Positions 57,897 to 64,000 of a stretch of DNA of 64,000 nucleotides are shown here, in pieces. Position 1 is the stretch's first letter. The number at the start of each line of letters is the position of its first letter. The DNA is from Mantamonas sphyraenae STR306 (Eukaryota > Protista > CRuMs), in assembly GCA_026936335.1 (NCBI GenBank), contig JAPMXV010000002.1, positions 248,001 through 312,000 of the forward strand. Direction: 5' to 3'. The position numbers were made by a program, and so were the translations under genes. The notes beneath the pieces are model-generated. The model did no database searches, had not been told where the DNA came from, and saw only the letters and a list, made by a program, of their open reading frames with translations.

Positions 57897-58027
57897 GTAC
57901 AATGAAAAACATGGGTTTGGTTGAGAGTGCCAGTGGTGTGCAAACGCGGGCGGGGCCTGTGGGGAAAAAGCAGGTCGCTGTCGCTGGCCAGCCCCCCCGA
58001 CCCAACCCAAAATCCCACGCGGCTGCC

Positions 58028-61000
58028 ATGAGCTTACTCAACGGCAACCTCAACATAGGAGCGCACTCGTTCCAGACGGTGACGTTCAGTGGGGTGCCTT
58101 CGTGTGATACGTGTGGAGACGTGATGTGGGGCCTTCGCAAACAAGGGATGAAGTGCCTGTACTGCGGCTACGCGACACATCACAAGTGTGCGGACGACAG
58201 TCCGACAAACTGCACGGGTGTGGTGGTGGCCAAGGAGAACAAGGAAAAGAAGAAGAAGAAGAAGAAGAAGAGCAAGAAAAACTCGGGGGATGCAGAGGGA
58301 AGCGACGAAAAGGAAACGGGCTCAAAGAAAGGCCAACTCGGCGTGCCCTCGCTGGGCAAGCAGTCTGCAGGCTCGCTTGCGCGACGCATCAGCATCGGCA
58401 GTATGCTGTCGCCACGCAATGCCGGAAGGGACAACAGCAACAGTAACAACGACGCGCCCAATAGTGCGCCCACAAAGACCCTACGCACCAGCACCTCTGC
58501 TGGCGACATCCGCCGTTCCTCCTTGGAAGCAGACGGCTCGGATGCTGCGGGCAGCTTTGGACTGGGCAGCTCACCAGGCACGACTTCCACCCTCTCGTCG
58601 AGTGTCGGCAGTGCGGGCTCCGCGTCGAGCGGGCCATTCAGTGCCACCCTTGGACGCAAAAGCGCCCTCAGCCTTTTCGGCCGCCAACGCACGTCCAGCA
58701 GCGTCGACTCGACCGGATCCCTGTCTCATACGCCGCCGCGGCTAGGCAAGTCTGTGCTGCGGCGAAACACGGACGATGTGAGCGCCGCCTCGGTGGCGGC
58801 GGTGGCCAGTCAAAGTGTTAGCGACGGCGGCGGCGGCGAAAAGTCGTCGTCGCTGGAAGACGACTCGCTGCTGAATAAGAGACGGCACGGCGTCGATTCC
58901 AGTGACGACGAATCGGCCAATGAGACATTCAAGAGCACAAGCGAAACGAGCAAGAGCTCCGGGGTGCCGCCGCTGCAGCGCAGCGCAACGATGAGCTCGG
59001 CCACCTTTCGCAAGAAGCAGCTGGAGCTGGAGTTTGCGAAGCTCAAGAAGGAGGCAGGTGAACAGGCGGAGCGAGAAGCAGAGGCAGCCAAGGCGAAACA
59101 ATCGCGCACAGAGACAGTGGACACAACCATGAGCGAGCTGAGCGTGGAGGACACCGACGAATTTGCGGAAACGGAAGGCGACACAGACGACGAGACGGAC
59201 GGCACACACGGCGATGCGACGGACGACGAGGACGATGACATCACAGACGACGAAGAATCGGATGGCGAGGAAGAGGAAACGGAACCCAAGCCGAGGATCC
59301 TGTGGAACAAGGCGTTGCAAGTGGGGCAGGACAAGGTGGTGGCCTTGTCGCAAGCCAACGGGATGATCGAGGCAGGAGACCATGACGCCGCTCTGGAACT
59401 GCTTTCCACAGTGGAGTGGAGTCGTGCACGCGAGTTGGAAGCCAAGGTGCTGCAGCAACGAGGAGACATAGAGGCGGCCATGGACAAGCTGAAGGAGGCC
59501 CTGCAGCTAAGCCAGCACGAGCTTGCTGAAAAGACAGCGTACTTGCGCACTGCACAGGAGCTCGTGGAGTACCAAGAACGCGTCGAGACACGCCTGGGCA
59601 AGCAGTTGGAGCGCTCAGAGCGACTGAACAAAAAGACTCAAGGCCAGTTGCGCGAGGGCCTGCGCAAGCTCAACCTGCTCGAGTCCAAGGACAAGCGCAA
59701 GAAGATGGAACAGAGCAAACAGTTTGCCACCGCCCTGTCGCAGCTGACAAACACGCTGCAGCAGTTCGAAGACGGTACAAGCGAGGAGGTAAGGAGCGGC
59801 GACGGGGATTGGCTCGTGGTAGGGATGGCCGAGGCACGCCGGGACATTCACTCACACTCACACGCACGCACACACACACACACACTCTCTCGTTCGCACA
59901 CAGGCGGAGAGTGGCTCATCGTCAGGGTTCCAGGAGTTGAACGTCAAGGACAGTGTGGAAAAGAAGAAGAAGCGGTATGTGGTGTGAAATAGCATGGAAT
60001 CGGAGGAATGGTGGTGGTAGTAGTAGAAGGTGTGACGGACGTGCGTGCGTGCGCTGACACGGAGATGCGGGCGTCGCTGTGGGGGGAAACGTCAACCACA
60101 CAGACTGGAAATGAGTGCAGAGCAAGGACGGCTGTTGTGGGAGAAACTAGACAACCAGGCTGTGGACCGTGGACCCACGGGTCTGGAAAACGCGCAGTAT
60201 CGCACACGCGAAGAAAAGTACAAGATGCTGAATGTGGAAACGGAGCTGGAGGAGATTATTTCCATCAAGGGCGGCAACGTGGCGGACGACCAGCACATTT
60301 GGGCGGAACCAGACAGGGATTTGTTTGGATCGTGCATCGATCTGGTCATGAACGGCAACGAAGTGAGCCATGCGTCTGTAAACAGGCTTGTGGAACACGT
60401 GACGTCGCCGAACAACCACGAGGAAGTCAAGGTGGTGGTGCTCAACTACCGCACATTTATCTCGCCGCTGAAAATGCTGTGGAAGCTGGTGCAGCGATGG
60501 AATGTGCCTCCAGAAAACGACGCCGAGGTGCTGGAGATTGTGCAACACCAGGTGTACGAATTCCTGCTGGTGTGGCTCAGCGATCAACCGGAAGACTTTC
60601 GCCAGGACGGCGAACTGGAGCACTACCTGCGCATGTTTTTGGAGGAGCAGATGCGCGACGGAGGGCACGAGACGTGGGCAGAGCGGCTGATCTTTGTGTT
60701 TTGGAGGCTGAGGCGTCGATGCCCGAGCCCATTCTGGACCTTGCGCCGCTGCCTGACACGCCAAAGAATGTGCTGATGCCCTCGCTGGAGTGGCATGAGG
60801 TGAAGCCCGAAGAACTTGCGCGTCAGCTGACCATCAAGGATTGGGAATCGTTCAAGGAGGTGAAGGGCACGGAGTTTCTTAACCTGGCGTGGAGCAAAGA
60901 GTCGCTGCAGCACATGGCCCCCAACCTACTGGCGTGCATTATGCGATCCAATGGTGTGTCCAACTTTGTGATCAAGTCAATCATGGAGGCGGAAACGGCG

Positions 61001-61540
61001 AAGCAGAGGGGCAAGCTGATGTCTCTGTTTTGTTCGCTGGCTGCGCAGCTGAAGAAGATGCACAACATGGCCGCCATGGCGTCTGTGGTGGCAGGTCTGA
61101 ACAACCAGGCCGTACATAGGCTGAAGTTCTCACGCAAGCACCTGAAGCGGTCGGACTTGAGCGACCTGAAAAAGTGCGAACGAGTGATGAACCCCGAGGG
61201 GGCGTACAAGAGTTTCCGAGAAGAGGTGAACGCCGCCCTGGCCAGTGGCGAATCTGTGATTCCCTTCTTGGGTGTGTTTTGCTCCGATCTGACCTTTGTG
61301 GAGGACGGCAACCCAGACACGAAGGACGGCCTGGTGAACTTCCACAAGAAGGTGCTCATCTACCGCATCATCGACTTTGTGGCGCGTTGTCAACGCCACC
61401 CGTATAACCTGGTGGAGGTGCCGCAGATTTCGCGCTTCTTTGAGAGCTCGGCACTTCCCTACGAGCTGGACGAGGAGGAGACCTACCAGCGCTCGCTGAC
61501 GTACGAGCCTCGCGGAGCAAAGGCCAAGGACATTGCATGA
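58028..61540 (+). CDS. Ras guanine-nucleotide exchange factor with N-terminal C1 domain, TPR-like/coiled-coil middle, REM and CDC25 domains; exons 58028-59788, 59904-59974, 60104-61540; apparent indel ~60700
   Basis: C1: HSF...CDTCGDVMWGLRKQGMKCLYCGYATHHKC...C. REM: LNYRTFISP...LVQRW...FLLVWL. CDC25: ELARQLT...APNL...GLNNQAVHRLK...IPFLGVFCSDLTFVEDGNPD...VNFHK. Two GT-AG introns are in frame. Confidence 0.9.
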
Positions 61541-62296
61541 CGCAGCTGCGTCAATGCTGGGCCCAGAAGGCGGAAGAGAGATGAGAGATGTGAGGGGAGA
61601 GGTGATGGATCTGTTTCAAGAGAATTTTCATTTTTGGCTTTGGTTTTGCATGCGTCCTGCATCCGCGACGGTGTTTCCGTGTGGTTGGGAAGCAGGACAA
61701 GGCGGGAGGGCGGGTGGGTGGGTGCATGCAAGCAGTGACGATGTGGTGAGAGGGGTCGAGGCTGAGGAGCGAAGCGGGTGTGGTGGCCAAGGGCAAAGGA
61801 AATGCAGGGCAGAGCCGGGAAGGAACAAGCCGAGTGCACAGACACACTATGCACAGAGGGGAGGCAAGCAGGCAAAGAAGGATGGAAGTGCAGGGGTATG
61901 TGCCCCGTGTGATTGCGTAGCGAGCCTCAGGACATCATGGAAACAGAGGATGCAGCACGTTCCTTGCGGAAGCGGCGTTTCGGTCGACGCACCCATTACA
62001 CGGGGCTTTTAAAAAAAGGTACTCTGCGAGAGCCACTCGATGCAGTCGACATCACCAGGTTATCTCCATGCAAAGCACAGAAACCGGTTTTCCGAGTGCA
62101 AGCGATACGGGCCTCGGGTAAAATTGTGTTGTTGGTCGGCCTCGCGCTGAGCGCAAGACACGTAGGTCATCAATTGCACAGACACTGCATGGAGTGTGAT
62201 GGTGTGGAGCACAGGCTGGCAGATCGGAGACTGCGAGCATGAGAGAGAGAGAGATGCGAGAGAGAGAGCAAGTGCGCGTTCCGTGGCAACACGACG

Positions 62297-64000
62297 ATGG
62301 AGGAGGACGAACCGCAGCTGACGGCAGAGCAGCAGGCAGCGCTGGACGCGAAGAAGGCCATGCTTTTTGGCGGGGCAGTGGTGACATCCACGCCACAAGA
62401 AAGCGGGGAAGACGAGGACGGACGGGAGAGTGACGACGAGGACGCAGGGGAGGGCAAGGAGAAGCGGAGCGGAGTGGTGAACTCGTTGTTGGCAAGCACA
62501 AAGGCGGCTGGCAAGGAGACAGAGAGGCGGAGTGACGAGGACGAGGCGGACGGAAGCTTCCTGGAAGGCACAGGGTTCCTGGACTTTGATGCGCTGGACA
62601 TGACGACGGACGAAATCGACCTGGCGGAAATCGACGGTGAGTTGCGGCCCAGCCCTCCCTCGGAGAAACCAAGCGACCACTCACACGGGATCCACACACG
62701 CACACACAACTCACGTAGAGGACATGAAGCGCTTCCAAGAGGACGACAAGGTGAAGGAGGCGCTGCTGTCGGGCGTGGACATGCGTCAGTACCTGAAGAA
62801 AGTGGAGACGGAGCTGCACGCGGCTGAAAAGGAGAGCGTGGACGAGTGTACGTGCACACGGGGACGGGGACACAGCACATCTTCACTCCCATGGAACTCT
62901 GACACCCTTGTGGACACACACACACACGCACACGACACACACACACACACGCACGTGCACGCACAGACATTCGAGAGAGCGAAAACCTCGCTACACTCCA
63001 CGGACAGATCCGAGAGTGCGACGACATCCTGGCTGTGATGGAGGGCATGCTGTCGCAGTTTCAGGAGAACCTGGGCAACATCTCGTCGGAAATCAAGTAC
63101 TTGCAGGACGAGTCGTTCTCGATGAACATCAAGCTGAAGAACCGGCGTGCGGTGGAAGGGGACTTGGGCCATTTCGTGCAGGAAATCCTCATCTCGGAGG
63201 AACTGGTGGACACAGTGTGCAACCAGCCCGTGGACGACGAATTTGTGGACAGTCTCAAGGCCCTGGACCAGAAGCTGCGCTTCATCAATCACCACAGCGA
63301 GCGTGAGGCGCGTGCGGCTGAAGACGTCGCCCAGGAAGCCGAGTTCCTGCGCATTAAGGCAGCCACCAAGATCCGCGAGTACCTGCTGGATCTGTTTGGG
63401 TCGCTCAAGAAGCCACGCACCAACATCCAGATCCGACAGCAGAACACGCTGCTCAAGTACGCCTACATGATGGTGTTTCTGGAGGCGCACGCCAAGGATG
63501 TGGCCCTGGAGATCCAGCAGGTGTACGCAGACACCCTGTCGCGCATCTACAGCGGCTACTTTGCAAACTACATCAAGAGCATGTCCAAGATCCAGTACGA
63601 GGTGTGCGGCAAGAACGACCTGTTGGGCGTGGTCGAGCAGCAAAGCGGTCTCAACCTCAGCAAGCTGTTTGGCGGCAAGCAGAACTTTAAAAAGGGCAGC
63701 GCGTTTGCACTTGGAGGGCGAGACAAGATTGTAGGTTGGAGGGAGAAGGGGAGAGGTGCACATGCGTGTGGCTGACACTCACGCTTCACTTGCTACTTCT
63801 ACGACAGCTGGACGAGATCGACACACCTGCAATTGTGTCGCACATAGCAGAGCAGAAGGACAAGGTGCCGTACGAGGCTGTGTTTCGCTCTGTACACCAG
63901 CTGTTGATGGACGCAGCCACGAGCGAGTTTCTGTTTGTGCTGGAGTTTTTCCGCAGCAAAGAGGTGTTCAACGACGTGTTTGCAAAGTCGCTGGCTCTGG
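62297..64000 (+). CDS. VPS52: GARP/EARP complex subunit Vps52 (3'-truncated); exons 62297-62636, 62719-62847, 62967-63730, 63808->64000
   Basis: VKEALLSGVDMRQY...VETEL...SVDE|YIRESENLATLHGQIRECDDIL...MEGMLSQFQENLGNISSEIKYLQDES...IKLKNR, TNIQIRQQNTLLK, PYEAVFRS...LLMDAATSEFLF. Three GT-AG introns are in frame. Confidence 0.95.

Noticed and set aside
755-60705. Programmed ribosomal frameshifting or RNA editing at the ten frame breaks (two share CAAAG, at ~758 and ~14581)
   Set aside because: Breaks go in both directions, mostly sit in homopolymers or dinucleotide repeats, lack a common slippery heptamer or adjacent stop, and hit unrelated genes. Long-read indel error is the simpler explanation.
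5538-61540. No TAG among 21 stop codons (18 TGA, 3 TAA), suggesting possible TAG reassignment
   Set aside because: No in-frame TAG occurs in many thousands of codons. The one apparent case, in IFT52, is the GTAG of a splice donor. This is stop-codon bias only.
62011-62160. Resemblance to U11 snRNA (AAAAAGG...ACTCGAT...TCGACATCA) on + or U4 on -
   Set aside because: The matching words are not in the required stems, there is no properly placed Sm site, the U4 kink-turn and U6-pairing segments are missing, and no U12-type intron is seen in the window.
1-64000. tRNA, rRNA, CRISPR arrays, transposons
   Set aside because: Nearly all sequence is accounted for by exons and introns. I recognised no cloverleaf, repeat-spacer array, terminal repeats or transposase/RT motifs.

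Overview
This is a very gene-dense, GC-rich nuclear window from a ciliated/flagellated microbial eukaryote. It has spliceosomal GT-AG introns, the standard genetic code, and IFT52, Sfi1 and MORN5 genes; the lineage cannot be fixed from this window. I resolve 22 protein-coding genes (two truncated at the edges) and 26 introns by hand. Ten 1-2 nt frameshifts, mostly at homopolymers or short repeats, look like long-read consensus errors. Main points: (1) a divergent pair of paralogous ~3,200-3,300-aa single-pass surface proteins built from Rax2-like beta-propeller repeats plus Frizzled-type cysteine-rich domains, flanking an HSP10 gene; (2) alternating G-rich/C-rich strand domains that ignore gene orientation, with switch spacing that fits fixed replication origins (~0.7, ~9.3, ~57.9 kb) and termini (~6, ~32.6 kb); (3) a ~3,690-aa giant Sfi1-repeat protein plus a second Sfi1-like gene; (4) extreme compaction, including an ATGA stop/start overlap into IFT52 and a 21-nt coding overlap of convergent genes; (5) CA-rich 3' splice sites. 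No rRNA, tRNA, CRISPR or transposon was recognised. All family calls are motif recognition by eye, not database searches.
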